The position numbers and the translations under genes were made by a program. A model generated the notes under the pieces. The model saw only the letters and a program-made list of their open reading frames with translations. It made no database searches and was not told where the DNA came from. From assembly GCA_963791045.1 (NCBI GenBank), contig CAWBQK010000006.1, positions 1 to 64,000 of the forward strand: a DNA stretch of 64,000 nt, in the 5' to 3' direction. The stretch is from Candidatus Latescibacterota bacterium. Its GTDB lineage: Bacteria > Krumholzibacteriota > Krumholzibacteriia > WVZY01. Each line of letters opens with the position of its first letter. Position 1 is the stretch's first letter. Shown one piece after another: positions 35,284-45,965 of the stretch.

Positions 35284-36419
35284 TGATTTAGAAAATTGCG
35301 TATAGGCAATATCATAATAAAGCAAGGATGCGCATGATCCGATGCCGGGTATGTCATACATCTTTTCCAGTTGAAAACTTTTCCCCATCGCTGCCCAGAT
35401 TGCAAAGGTTTATATGGTTTCACAACTGGGCTTGACTTTGCAACTGAAAAGATTGAGCCGGGTCTTCCTGGAATTTGGCGATACGTTCTGGATTTTCCCT
35501 CCCTGATGGAGCCCAGTGATCAGTTTGGGTGAGGGGAATACACCCCTCGTTTGGGCAATGTCAAAGGAAAGAAGGTTGGTTTTAAACTGGAAAGCCAGAA
35601 CCCAACCGGCTCATTCAAGGATCGTGGATCAGCGGTATTGCTGAGTTGGCTGATGGCAGCTGGTATTCATGAAGCAGTAGAGGATTCCTCCGGGAATGCG
35701 GGAGCATCTTTTGCGGCCTATGCCTCAGGGCTGGTATTCGGGGAAAAGTATTTATTCCTGATTCTGCCTCTGGTCCAAAAAGGCACAGATCGAGAGTTAT
35801 GGATCGGAAGTGATTCCTGTACCCGGTCCCCGGTCCAAAGCGGCAGAAGCAGTCTGCAAGAGGTCGATCAGGGAGCGGTGTATGCCGTCCATGCCTATCT
35901 ACCTCACGGAACAGCAGGTATAGCTACGCATAGCCTATGAATTATATGAACAATATTGGAGATGCTCCTGGAACAGTGCTCGTACCGGTTGGTCATGGTA
36001 GTTTACTGCTTGGAATTTGGCTGGGATTCCAGGCTTTGTTAAAGGCAGGAGTCGATCTCCCAGCTTCCAAGACTGGTCGGTGTCCAGGCAGCGGTTTGTG
36101 CTCCTCTGTATGAAGCATTTCAGGCAGACAGCCTGAAAATTGATACTGTATCTGAAGGAAAGACATTGGCTGATGGCGTAGCATATCGGATCCATTTCAT
36201 GGTGAATGAGGTTCTCAAAGCAGTGCGCCACAGCGGCGGATCGTTCATAAGTGGTTGAGGAATCTGATATTCTAAGAGGTCATGAGCGTTAGCTGATCTT
36301 GGCTATATATGCGGAAATGACATCAGCCTTGGTGTGGGATGCCGTTAGAGCAAGTTCAACAATCAGCAGCCGAACCGATTGTCTGTATCATCACCGGCCA
36401 TGGATTGAAAAACGGTTGA
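35284..36419 (+). CDS. Threonine-synthase-like PLP enzyme, heavily frameshifted
   Basis: RCPDC ribbon, SLGEGNTP, KLESQNPTGSFKDRG, DSSGNAGAS, VPVGHGSL, ITGHGLK. Confidence 0.82.
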
Positions 36420-36483
36420 ACCGTTGCCTATCTTGATGCCATTGGGTATAATAAAATCTTACCGACTAGAAGAAATGGAACTG

Positions 36484-37267
36484 ATGGACAGCGAAATTCT
36501 TGATACTACATTGAAGAGTTTGGCTGACCCTGAGTTCGACGGAGCAGGTCATGGATCAGGTCATGGGTCAGAAAATTAGGAAACTCCCCTAGAATTCAAT
36601 CAAAGAGTTGGACTGGGTTTTATGAACATTGCGTTATTAACCCGGGCTTTGACCCATCGTTCTTACATCAACGAAAATCCAGATGCACTTGAAGATAACG
36701 AACGTCTGGAGTTCCTGGGCGATGCTGTACTGGATTTTATAGTTGCCGCCTGGCTCTACAACCATTATCCAGAAATGACCGAGGGGATTTGACCATGTTG
36801 AGAACAGCCCTGGTGAGGACAGAACAGCTGGCTGATTTTGCCCGTAAAATCGATCTTGGCAGGGCAATGAGGCTGGGTCAGGGTGAGATAGTATCTGGAG
36901 GCAGATCGCGGCGGGCATTCTTTGTGCGGGTTTTGAAGCCTTGATCGGTGGAATATATCTCGATCAGGGGATCAAAGCGGTTGAAGATTTCTTTGAGCCT
37001 TTTATCCAGGAAGCTGATTGAAGATATATTGGAGGACGGTCACCCCCGTGATCCGAAAAGTATGCTCCAGGAATGGACCCAGGCCCGAGGAATGGAACCG
37101 CCTGTATATCAGACTATCAGTGAATCTGGTCCTGACCATGAGAAAATTTTTGAGGTTAATGTCAGTGTGAACGGGATTGTGTCTGGTGTTGGAACGGTAA
37201 CAGTAAGCGGGAAGCATCAAAATTAGCGGCCCAGGAAGCATTGGAAAAACTGTCCCGAATTAAATAA
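36484..37267 (+). CDS. rnc: Ribonuclease III, frameshifted
   Basis: RALTHRSY...NERLEFLGDAVL and dsRBD DPKSMLQEW..GPDHEK; start approximate. Confidence 0.92.
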
Positions 37268-37295
37268 TCAAAAGAATGAAGGTAACTGAGGTTTC

Positions 37296-40200
37296 ATGCG
37301 ATTAAAATCGATTGAATTAAATGGGTTCAAGACCTTTGCGAGCAAAACTAATTTTGAGTTTGCAGATGAAATCACAGTAATCGTTGGCCCCAATGGATCT
37401 GGGAAGTCCAATATCGCAGATGCGGTTCGCTGGGTGCTTGGGGAACAATCCTATAAGCTGCTGCGTGGAAAGAAAACCCTGGATATGATCTTTTCTGGGT
37501 CTGAGCAACGTCCCAGGGCAGGCATGGCAGCGGTTACAATCACATTTGATAACAGTGATGGTTGGCTTCCAATCGATTTTTCTGAAGTGTCTATTACACG
37601 GCGCGCATTCCGGGATGGAAAAAACGAATATCTCTTGAACGGACAGCAAGTGCTCTTGAGGGATGTGTATGAGCTGCTGGGTCAATCTGGTTTGGCGGAT
37701 CGGACTTATACAATAATCGGACAGGGCCTCGTCGATGCTGCCCTTTCCCTTAAAGCCGAAGAAAGGCGGATGCTTTTTGAAGAAGCTGCTGGCATCGGAC
37801 TGTATCGATCAAGAAAAGCAGATGCGGAAAGGCGATTGGAGAAGACCCATCGCAACCTGGATCGTGTAGAGGATATTCTTTCTGAATTAAGACCCCGATT
37901 GAAAAGTCTGCAGCGCCAAGCGGTCCGAGCGGAGCAGTATGATCAGGTAAAAGCTGACTTCGCGTCCTGCTTCAGGAATGGTATGGTTACCATTGGGCCC
38001 GGGTTCAGGATGATTTAAATAAAGCAAAAAACGAGGAAGCCAAATACCGGATAGAGTTGGATCAATCTCGCAGGAATCAGGCGGATTTTGACCGGGATCT
38101 ATCTGAAAATCAAGCTCGAGTGCAGAGCCAGCGTTCGCGCTTGAACACTTGGCACCGAGAATTATCTGAGCATCATAATCAAAAAGAGAATATCAGCCGG
38201 GAACGTGCAGTTGTAGAGGAACGAATACGTTCGCTGGAAATAAGGATCCAGGATCTGGAAACAGAACGAGTAAGACTTGAGGAACAAACAGTACTTACCC
38301 GAGAACGCCTTGATCATTCCCGGAATGATTTGACATCAGATAAAGCAAACCTGGCAGAGTTCCAGCGGAAAACAGACCAGGCCAAAAAGACTTTGGATGA
38401 AAAAAGATCCCGGATGGGAGCTATTGAAAAGGAAGCAACAACAGCTCAGAAGGATTTGAATGAGTTCACAAATCAACAGATCAGACTTCGATCCCAATTG
38501 GCTGACCGAACAGATCAGATCAATAAAAGGAGAGAACGTGTTCAATCGGCTGAAGAAAAAGTCCAGGAAGCCAAGAAGATCTTTGAGACCCTTCATGAAG
38601 AGTACTTAAAAGTCAAGGGCGAATTCGATCAGGAAAGTGGAGCGAAAACAAGGATTGAAACAGAATTAGATAAGATCCTGGTAGAAAAAGAGGAAGGGAA
38701 CAAGATCCGCCAGGATCTTTATCTTCAGCTTTCTCAGAATAAAACTGAATACAGCAAATTAACAGCAGAGCTGTTGGTTCTCCAGCAATCCGAGCAGAAA
38801 CTTGCAGGATATGCTGAAGGTGCCAAATTATTATTGACCAAATCACGTGATGGGAAACTGTCTGGAGCTCTGGGAACTGTCAGTAATTTCCTGGAGGTTC
38901 AAGAAGAATTTGAGAAATCCATCGCTGCGGTGTTAGGAGACTATTTGGATGCGGTTATCCTCGAAGAGGAAAAAGTAACAGATAAAGCTCTTGAGATACT
39001 GCTGAAGGAAACGACTAAAGGTGTTTTGCTGCCATTAAATCGGTTGGTGGCTCTTGAACGCCCAAAATTGGATGGAAATATTCCAGGATTACTGGGGATT
39101 GCGGCAGATCTGGTTAAAGCTCCTCCAAAATATCGTCCTGCGATCGAGCTGTTGCTGGGCCGAGTGTTTATTCTGAAAGATAAGAAAGATCTAAATCGGG
39201 TACTACGGAATCAACCACCCGGTACAAAAGCTGTGACATTGAAGGGCGAAGTTTTCCACACAACCGGAGAAATTGTTGCTGGAAATGAAGGACAGGCGGG
39301 AGTTCTGAGCCGATCACGCCAGACAAAAAATTGGCAGGAAAAGATCACATCCGCAGCCAGAGAAATAACGGAATTGGAAGATAGCCTTACCAAGGTCGAT
39401 AAGAAGCTATCCGAAATTTCCGGGGAAGAGAGCAGCCTTAAGGCAAAACTCTCGGAAGCAAAGCAAGCTGTCGATAAGATAGATGGAAAATTCCGTCAGA
39501 GTTCTCTTGAAAGAAATGAGGCTGAACAACGGGTTGAATGGGAATCAGCCCAGCATCAACTCCTCTTAAATGAAATCTTGGAAGCGGAAAAAGAGAGTCT
39601 CCAATTGAAGGGTGATCTGGAAAAGATCCAAACTGATATTACGCTTTCCCAGGAACGAGCCTCAAAATCGACCAGTGTTCTGAGCGGGTTTGCTCTTGAT
39701 GATGAACGGGAACAACTAGCTCATTGGGAAACTCAGGTAGCGGTTGCTCAAAGAGCCCTGCAAGATGTCAATCAGCGCGTGGATGAAAGAGAAAGGGCCT
39801 GGTCTGATGCGGATTCCAGGCTCAGAACGAATTCAACATTAAGTTCGGAATATCAGGAGCAAATCAAAAAGCTGAAAGAAGAATCTAATTTTCTGGAGGA
39901 TGGAGAGAAAACAATTCAACAGGAAATTACGGAATTAAGAAATTTAATTGATGAAACAGATCTTGAGTTGAGCAAGGATGAAGAAGAGCAGCGCGAATTA
40001 CAGATCAAAGAAGCGGAGGCGAGGCGAATATTGAATCAATCTGAGCGTACATATGCCCAGTCCGATATCAATTTCACCAGAAACAGGGAAAAGCTGGAAT
40101 CAATCCAGGAACGAATCAAAGAGGATATTGGCCTGGTGGAACTGGAATATAACGAAGATATCTCAGGACCTACCCCGCTGCCTCTGGAAGGTTATGTTCA

Positions 40201-40894
40201 AAAGCTCCCGGTGGTAAAAGATATACCAAAAGATCTGGGAGGCACTATACGTGAACAAAGAGCCCAATTGAAACGCCTGGGAGCTATCAATCCAGAAGCC
40301 CAACACGAATATCGGGAAGTCAATGAACGGCATGATTTTCTGACCGAACAGCTAGTGGACCTGAGAAAGGCTGAGGCAGACTTAAAAGAAGTGATAGCTG
40401 AACTGGATGTCTTAATGGAACGCGAGTTTAGAAAAACCTTTGATGCAGTAGCAATTGAATTTAAGGATATCTTCACTCAATTATTTGGTGGTGGAAAAGG
40501 TCAGTTAATCCTCTCAGACCCAGATGATCTAACAGGATCTGGTGTGGATATCAATGTTCGTTTGCCGGGACGCAGGACACAAGGGTTGTCGTTGCTGTCC
40601 GGTGGTGAAAGAAGTTTGATAGCTGCAGCCTTGATCTTTTCTCTGCTCAGAATATCACCTACACCCTTCTGCGTCCTGGATGAGGTGGATGCAATGCTTG
40701 ATGAATCAAATGTTGCCAGATTCAGAAAGCTGGTCCGAGAATTAAGTTCAGAAACCCAATTTATTGTAATTACCCATAACCGGAACACTGTGCAGGTAGC
40801 GGATATCATATATGGCATAATTATGTCCTCAGATTCATCCAGTCAAGTATTGAGCCTGAAATTGGATGAAGTTGATGAGGTCATTGATTCCTGA
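37296..40894 (+). CDS. smc: Chromosome segregation protein SMC (one frameshift ~37960)
   Basis: GPNGSGKSN, coiled coils, hinge, LSGGE, VLDEVDAMLD. Confidence 0.96.
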
Positions 40895-40939
40895 TCCAGC
40901 CTGGATACTGAAGTTCCAGGTATATTCAAAACGTCTTCA

Positions 40940-40968
40940 CAGAGATTGAACAACAGGTTCAATCTCTG
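40940..40968. terminator. Hairpin after smc
   Basis: CAGAGATTGAAC-AACAG-GTTCAATCTCTG followed by ATCTTTT. Confidence 0.6.
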
Positions 40969-41109
40969 ATCTTTTACTAATATATTTAAGAAACACTTTG
41001 TTCTTTTATTTATTTAAAGGTTAATCCACAGAGTTGGGTTTATAATTGATTTCGAAGAGGGGATCCTCTTCGAAGAAGGTATTTTTTTTCTCATATTTGG
41101 AGTGTTCTT

Positions 41110-41481
41110 ATGGTTTTAACAACTTCTGCCCAATTGGATGTGATCTTAAATACATTTGAACGGAATGTACCGCATGTTCAGGCAACTGCTGTTGTCAGCA
41201 CGGATGGCTTAGTGATTGCTTCCAGGCTTCCAAAAAATGTTGAGGAAGACCGCATAGGTGCCATGGGGGCAGCAATACTTTCTATCAGTTCCCGAAGTGG
41301 AGAAGAATTGGATAGAGGAGAAATGACACGTGTACTAATAGAAGGAACAAATGGGTTTATCCTAATTCGGAGCATTGGTGAATTTGCTATATTGGTAGCC
41401 CTTGTTGAAAAGGAAGTCCGACTTGGTATGTTATTTTATGAATGTAAAAACTGTATAGAAAAACTTAGAGAAATTCTTTAG
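41110..41481 (+). CDS. Roadblock/LC7 (MglB-like) protein
   Basis: AVVSTDGLVIAS, EEDRIGAMGAAILS, VLIEGTNG, LGML. Confidence 0.92.
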   Translation: MVLTTSAQLDVILNTFERNVPHVQATAVVSTDGLVIASRLPKNVEEDRIGAMGAAILSISSRSGEELDRGEMTRVLIEGTNGFILIRSIGEFAILVALVEKEVRLGMLFYECKNCIEKLREIL

Positions 41482-41516
41482 ATTTTTAGAAAGTTTGCAG
41501 CTTCAAGGAGAACAGA

Positions 41517-42023
41517 ATGGCAGACATGAAAAAAGTGGTTCTTGAAAGGGACTTAAACCCTTACCATTCGTTTTTTGCTGCTTTTTTTGGCGGGTTAGGT
41601 GAACTGGGAATGCTAAATCAGGGATCGATCAATATTGTGGCCAAACGAGCAGCTGAATACTTATATGCCTACCTTGATGCGAAGGAAATCCTTCCAGATA
41701 TGGGAAACGTACCTGGTAGATCGAAGGCGGAAGTCATTAAGAACTTGATCTTGTACATCAACAAGATTCTGAGTATGGTTGGAGAATATGACCTGCAAGA
41801 AACAGGTGATGACCAGGTTGTATTGTTAATTTCGGGACAAACCTGCCGTATTTGTCCAAAAGGTGTAGGTGGGGCGGAAGTTAAAGGAACCTTATGCCCG
41901 ATTCCGAGTCTGCTGGAAGCTTTAATCAATTTGATTGCTCAAAATGACATGCTTGAGTTGATTACATCTGGGATTGAAAAAGAAGGTTCCACCTGTAAGG
42001 CCTATTTCAAAGTCTTGAATTAA
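41517..42023 (+). CDS. Hypothetical V4R-like protein
   Basis: Helical N-terminus, then TCRICP...LCP...GSTC resembling V4R Cys ligands. Confidence 0.55.
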   Translation: MADMKKVVLERDLNPYHSFFAAFFGGLGELGMLNQGSINIVAKRAAEYLYAYLDAKEILPDMGNVPGRSKAEVIKNLILYINKILSMVGEYDLQETGDDQVVLLISGQTCRICPKGVGGAEVKGTLCPIPSLLEALINLIAQNDMLELITSGIEKEGSTCKAYFKVLN

Positions 42024-42050
42024 TCTAAAAAACTTGGGAGAGTATCATCA

Positions 42051-42926
42051 GTGGATAAACTTATTCATACATTTTCCATCGTTGCTTTCGATCCCCATAA
42101 AAGTGAGTGGGGAGTTGCAGTCCAGTCTAAATTTTTAGCCGCAGCGGCAGTTGTATCCTGGGCCAGGGCAAACGCCGGTGCTGTCGCCACTCAATCCTAT
42201 GCAAATGTAACGTACGGTTTCCGGGGATTGGAGCTGATGCAGGAAGGTTTATCAGCAGAAGAAACTATTCAACAGCTAATTAACAACGATGAGAATAAAG
42301 ACCAAAGACAAGTAGGCGTTGTTGATAAAGACGGGAAGGCTGCTTCTTTCACTGGAAAAGAATGCCATGATTGGGCCGGGCATATCGTAGGAGAAGGATA
42401 TGCCTGCCAGGGGAATATCCTGGTGCCAGGCACAGTTGAGGCTATGGCTCAAAAATTCGAAGAAGCACGTTGTGGAGATGGGGAGCTGGCGGATTGGTTG
42501 GTCTCAGCCCTTGAAGCAGGACAGGAAGCTGGCGGAGACAAAAGGGGCCGGCAGGCAGCTGGATTGCTGGTAGTAAGAGAGAAGGGAGGGTACGGAGGAG
42601 ATAATGACCGCTACCTCGATTTACGTGTAGATGATCACCCTTATCCAATTCTCAAGTTAAGACAGCTTACCGAGAATCACCATTTATTTTTTGGTGATGT
42701 GGATCCTGCAGATCTGGTTCCTCTTGATAGTGTTGTCCGGGAACTGCAAGGGATCATGAAAAAAACTGGCCACTTTAAAGATGAGAAAAACGGATTGATC
42801 AGTGAAGCTACTATCACAGCTTTAAAGGCTCTGGTTGGAGAAGAAAACCTTGAAGAACGTTGGAAAGGTGATGAAAATTTGATCGATAATAAAGTTGTCG
42901 AGTATTTAAGAGAGAAATTTTCTTGA
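42051..42926 (+). CDS. DUF1028 family Ntn-hydrolase-like protein with C-terminal PG-binding-like region
   Basis: TFSIVA..WGVAVQSKFLA, GAVATQ, CQGNIL, GGDKRGRQAA, DLRVDDH. Confidence 0.9.
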   Translation: MDKLIHTFSIVAFDPHKSEWGVAVQSKFLAAAAVVSWARANAGAVATQSYANVTYGFRGLELMQEGLSAEETIQQLINNDENKDQRQVGVVDKDGKAASFTGKECHDWAGHIVGEGYACQGNILVPGTVEAMAQKFEEARCGDGELADWLVSALEAGQEAGGDKRGRQAAGLLVVREKGGYGGDNDRYLDLRVDDHPYPILKLRQLTENHHLFFGDVDPADLVPLDSVVRELQGIMKKTGHFKDEKNGLISEATITALKALVGEENLEERWKGDENLIDNKVVEYLREKFS

Positions 42927-42951
42927 CACGTTATGTATATGATGTTAGGAT
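42923..42951 (+). promoter_or_regulatory. Sigma70 promoter of the ABC operon leader
   Basis: TTGACA-17 bp-TAGGAT with TG extension. Confidence 0.8.
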
Positions 42952-42958
42952 TTATGGC

Positions 42959-43089
42959 ATGAATATTTATTGTCTGCGTACACCTCATCATAAGTCTATG
43001 ATAAATCTCCTCTGACCGGAGACGGTGTGTGCATACAATAACCCGTCATTTTTCAACAAGGCATCCCCGGTCGAATCCGGGGATTTTTT
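42959..43089 (+). promoter_or_regulatory. Putative attenuator: 18-codon uORF plus alternative hairpins and terminator
   Basis: uORF 42959..43015 MNIYCLRTPHHKSMINLL*; terminator ATCCCCGG-TCGAAT-CCGGGGAT-TTTTT at 43063..43089. Confidence 0.65.
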
Positions 43090-43195
43090 GTTCTATGGAA
43101 ACAAAAGGAGGATAGAAAAGAAAATATAAGGAGGCAAAATTGGTATATAATGAAGATGTTCTAGACCCATCCATTAACCTTAAGGAGGAATTAGT

Positions 43196-44998
43196 ATGAA
43201 GAAGCTATCTGTTCTATTGGTTTTTCTACTTATTACCGGGGTTCTTCTTGGAGCTTGCGCTCCAGCAGAAGAACCAGTAGTAGTAGATGAGCCTGTCGTA
43301 GTAGAAGACACATTTTTGGCCTGTCAGGTCACCGACGTCGGCGGCATTGACGACAAATCTTTCAACGCCACTGCCTGGAAAGGCATGGAAGACGCCGTTG
43401 CAGACCTCGGCATTGAAGCCAAATACCTCGAATCCCAACAGCAGACTGATTATGAAGCCAACATCAACGCTTTCCTCGAGGAAGGCTGCGATTTGATCAT
43501 GGCCGTCGGCTTCCTGCTGGGTGATGCCACAGCCGCAGCTGCTGGCGCGAACCCCGACCAGGCCTTTGGCATTGTTGATGTCGACTATCTGGCGTCAGAC
43601 AATCTGTATGGCTCCGGGTTTGCAGTCAATGAGTCCGCCTTCATGGCTGGCTACCTGGCTGCTGGTATGACTGAGACCGGCATTGTTGCCACCTACGGCG
43701 GCATCAATATTCCACCCGTTGCCATCTTCATGGACGGCTTTGTATTGGGTGTTGAATACTACAATGAAGTTAACGGAACAGCAGTAGAGGCTCTGGGCTG
43801 GGATCCTGCAGCACAGGACGGACTCTTTGCAGGGAACTTCGAAAGCACCGATGACGGCCGCACCCTGGGCGAATCTCTGCTGGACGAAGGCGCAGACATC
43901 ATCATGCCTGTCGCTGGTCCTGTAGGTGCTGGAACCATCGCAGTTCTGGAAGAGCGCGGCACCGGTATGGTTATCGGTGTTGACAATGATTGGTCCGTAC
44001 AGTATGCCAATCAGTCCGATATGATTTTGGCCAGTGTTCTGAAGAATATGGACGTTTATGTCTATGAGACCATTCAGGCTGTTATGGATGGATCCTTCGC
44101 TGGCGGCAATTACCTGGGCACCCTTGAGAATGGTGGTGTTGGCCTGGGTTACGGCGGCGCAGAGATCCCCGCTGATCTTATGGCTGAGGTTGATGCTCTG
44201 GCAGCTGGCATTATCGCCGGTGACATTGCCACCTTACCGGTGGTAGAGGAAGTTGAAGAAGTTGCACTTCCAGACCTTGCTGGAAGAGTAGTCACAGTAG
44301 CCGTTGAAAATGCCTATCTGCCTTTTAACTACATTGATCCTGATACCGGTGAACCTGCTGGTTGGGACTATGATGTGTGGAATGAGATCTGCGCCTTGCT
44401 CAACTGCACCCCGGAATTTGTTGAAGCATCCTGGGAAGGCATGATCCAGGCCGTATCTGATGGTCAATATGACGCAGCTGGTGACGGCATCACAATTACA
44501 GAGGAAAGAGCAGAACTCGTTGACTTCTCTGTAGGATACGTTTCAATCGAACAGCGCCTGTTGGTTCGTATCGACGAGGATCGTTTTGAAACCATCGAAG
44601 ATATTGTAGCCGATGAAGATTTGAAATTGGGGACCCAGACTGGAACCACAAACTACGAAACAGCACTTAACTACCTAGCTGCTGAACGCATTCAGGCTTT
44701 TGAGCAGTTCCCGTTTGCAGTTCAAGCTTTGATTGCAGGTGACATCGATGCAGTGATGATTGACGAGGTTGCCGGTCTTGGTTACCAGGGTGCGAACGCT
44801 GATGTCTTGAAGATCATTGGACCTTCCATGTCCAGTGATGTGCTGGGATTCATTTACCCTCTGGGTAGTGACTTGGTTGAACCAGTTGATCTGGCCATTG
44901 GTGCATTAGCAACTAGTGGTAGACTTGGTGAAATCAACCAGGAATACTTTGGCCCAGACTTTGATATCACTTACGATGATTTGTTCCCCGAGGAGTAA
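43196..44998 (+). CDS. Lipoprotein fusing a BMP (PnrA-like) domain and a polar amino-acid substrate-binding domain
   Basis: Lipobox LGAC; VTDVGGIDDKSFN..PVAG..IGVD (BMP); then VAVENAYLPFNY..GWDYD..ITITEERAELVDFS (SBP family 3). Confidence 0.9.
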   Translation: MKKLSVLLVFLLITGVLLGACAPAEEPVVVDEPVVVEDTFLACQVTDVGGIDDKSFNATAWKGMEDAVADLGIEAKYLESQQQTDYEANINAFLEEGCDLIMAVGFLLGDATAAAAGANPDQAFGIVDVDYLASDNLYGSGFAVNESAFMAGYLAAGMTETGIVATYGGINIPPVAIFMDGFVLGVEYYNEVNGTAVEALGWDPAAQDGLFAGNFESTDDGRTLGESLLDEGADIIMPVAGPVGAGTIAVLEERGTGMVIGVDNDWSVQYANQSDMILASVLKNMDVYVYETIQAVMDGSFAGGNYLGTLENGGVGLGYGGAEIPADLMAEVDALAAGIIAGDIATLPVVEEVEEVALPDLAGRVVTVAVENAYLPFNYIDPDTGEPAGWDYDVWNEICALLNCTPEFVEASWEGMIQAVSDGQYDAAGDGITITEERAELVDFSVGYVSIEQRLLVRIDEDRFETIEDIVADEDLKLGTQTGTTNYETALNYLAAERIQAFEQFPFAVQALIAGDIDAVMIDEVAGLGYQGANADVLKIIGPSMSSDVLGFIYPLGSDLVEPVDLAIGALATSGRLGEINQEYFGPDFDITYDDLFPEE

Positions 44999-45038
44999 TC
45001 AATCCAACGGAAAGCAAAACTTCTGTGATGAATGAACA

Positions 45039-45073
45039 AACGGTGTGTGGGGATTATTTTCCCACACACCGTT
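45039..45073. other. Intra-operon stem-loop after the binding-protein gene
   Basis: AACGGTGTGTGGG-ATTATTTT-CCCACACACCGTT. Confidence 0.65.
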
Positions 45074-45097
45074 TCTAATATATCGAAGGAGCGGACA

Positions 45098-45965
45098 GTG
45101 ACTGATCAGCCTCAAGCTATAAAACCAATTATTGAAATTGAGGATTTTTCCTCAAAGAGAAAGTTTCGCGATCTCCCGTGGTGGTTTTTTGCTATTATTT
45201 TGATCGCTATTTATGCATTCATAGTCATTTCAACAAACGAAGAATACAACAGCGCGTTTAATTTTGATTAAGAAGGGTTTGGTAATTACGGTAAAAACTA
45301 CCTTGATAGCGTATGGTCTTGCTATCTTGTTCGGGTTGCTGGCTGGACTTGGCCGTATTTCAAAAAATGTAGTAGTAAATAATTTGGCCAGGCTTTATGT
45401 GGAATTAATCAGAGGTATACCTATCCTGGTATTGATATTTTTCATTGCTTTGGTCGGTGTCCCAGTTCTGGTTGATAGTATTAATAATTTTGGATTCTGG
45501 TTATCTGACCAGGGGTTGAGTTTCTTGGGGAAGATATTTACTGCAGTTACAAATCAGGATATACCCATGAACTCCAGGGCGATAATTGCACTGGCGGTAA
45601 CCTATGGAGCATATCTGGCAGAAATATTCCGGGCTGGAATTCAATCAATAGCCAGAGGTCAGATGGAAGCTGCCAGATCATTAGGTATGAGTTATGGTCA
45701 AGCAATGCGTTATGTCATTTTGCCCCAGGCTGTACGGAATGTCCTGCCCGCACTGGGAAATGACTTTGTGGCAATGGTGAAAGATTCCTCTCTGGTGTCT
45801 GTACTTGCGGTCAGAGACATCACTCAAGTCTCGAGATTATATGCTGGAAGCACCTTTCGTTTTAGGGAATCCTACGTAACCCTCGCTGTGATGTATCTGA
45901 CCATGACAGTTGTTTTGTCTTTAGTAGTACAGTTCATAGAAAGGCGGTTAAAAACCCATGACTGA
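45098..45965 (+). CDS. Amino-acid ABC permease, frameshifted
   Basis: YVELIRGIP, AYLAEIFRAGIQSI..GQMEAARSLG, KDSSL. Confidence 0.93.

Noticed and set aside
34972-35388. 138-aa minus-strand Cys-containing ORF
   Set aside because: Antisense to the MoaD-like gene, which has the diagnostic GG terminus.
9307-37267. Mass pseudogenisation
   Set aside because: Essential genes are equally broken and motifs are intact across frames, which fits sequencing indels.
40948-40960. GAAC-N5-GTTC after smc as an SOS box
   Set aside because: Wrong spacer length, and it is part of a longer terminator-like hairpin.
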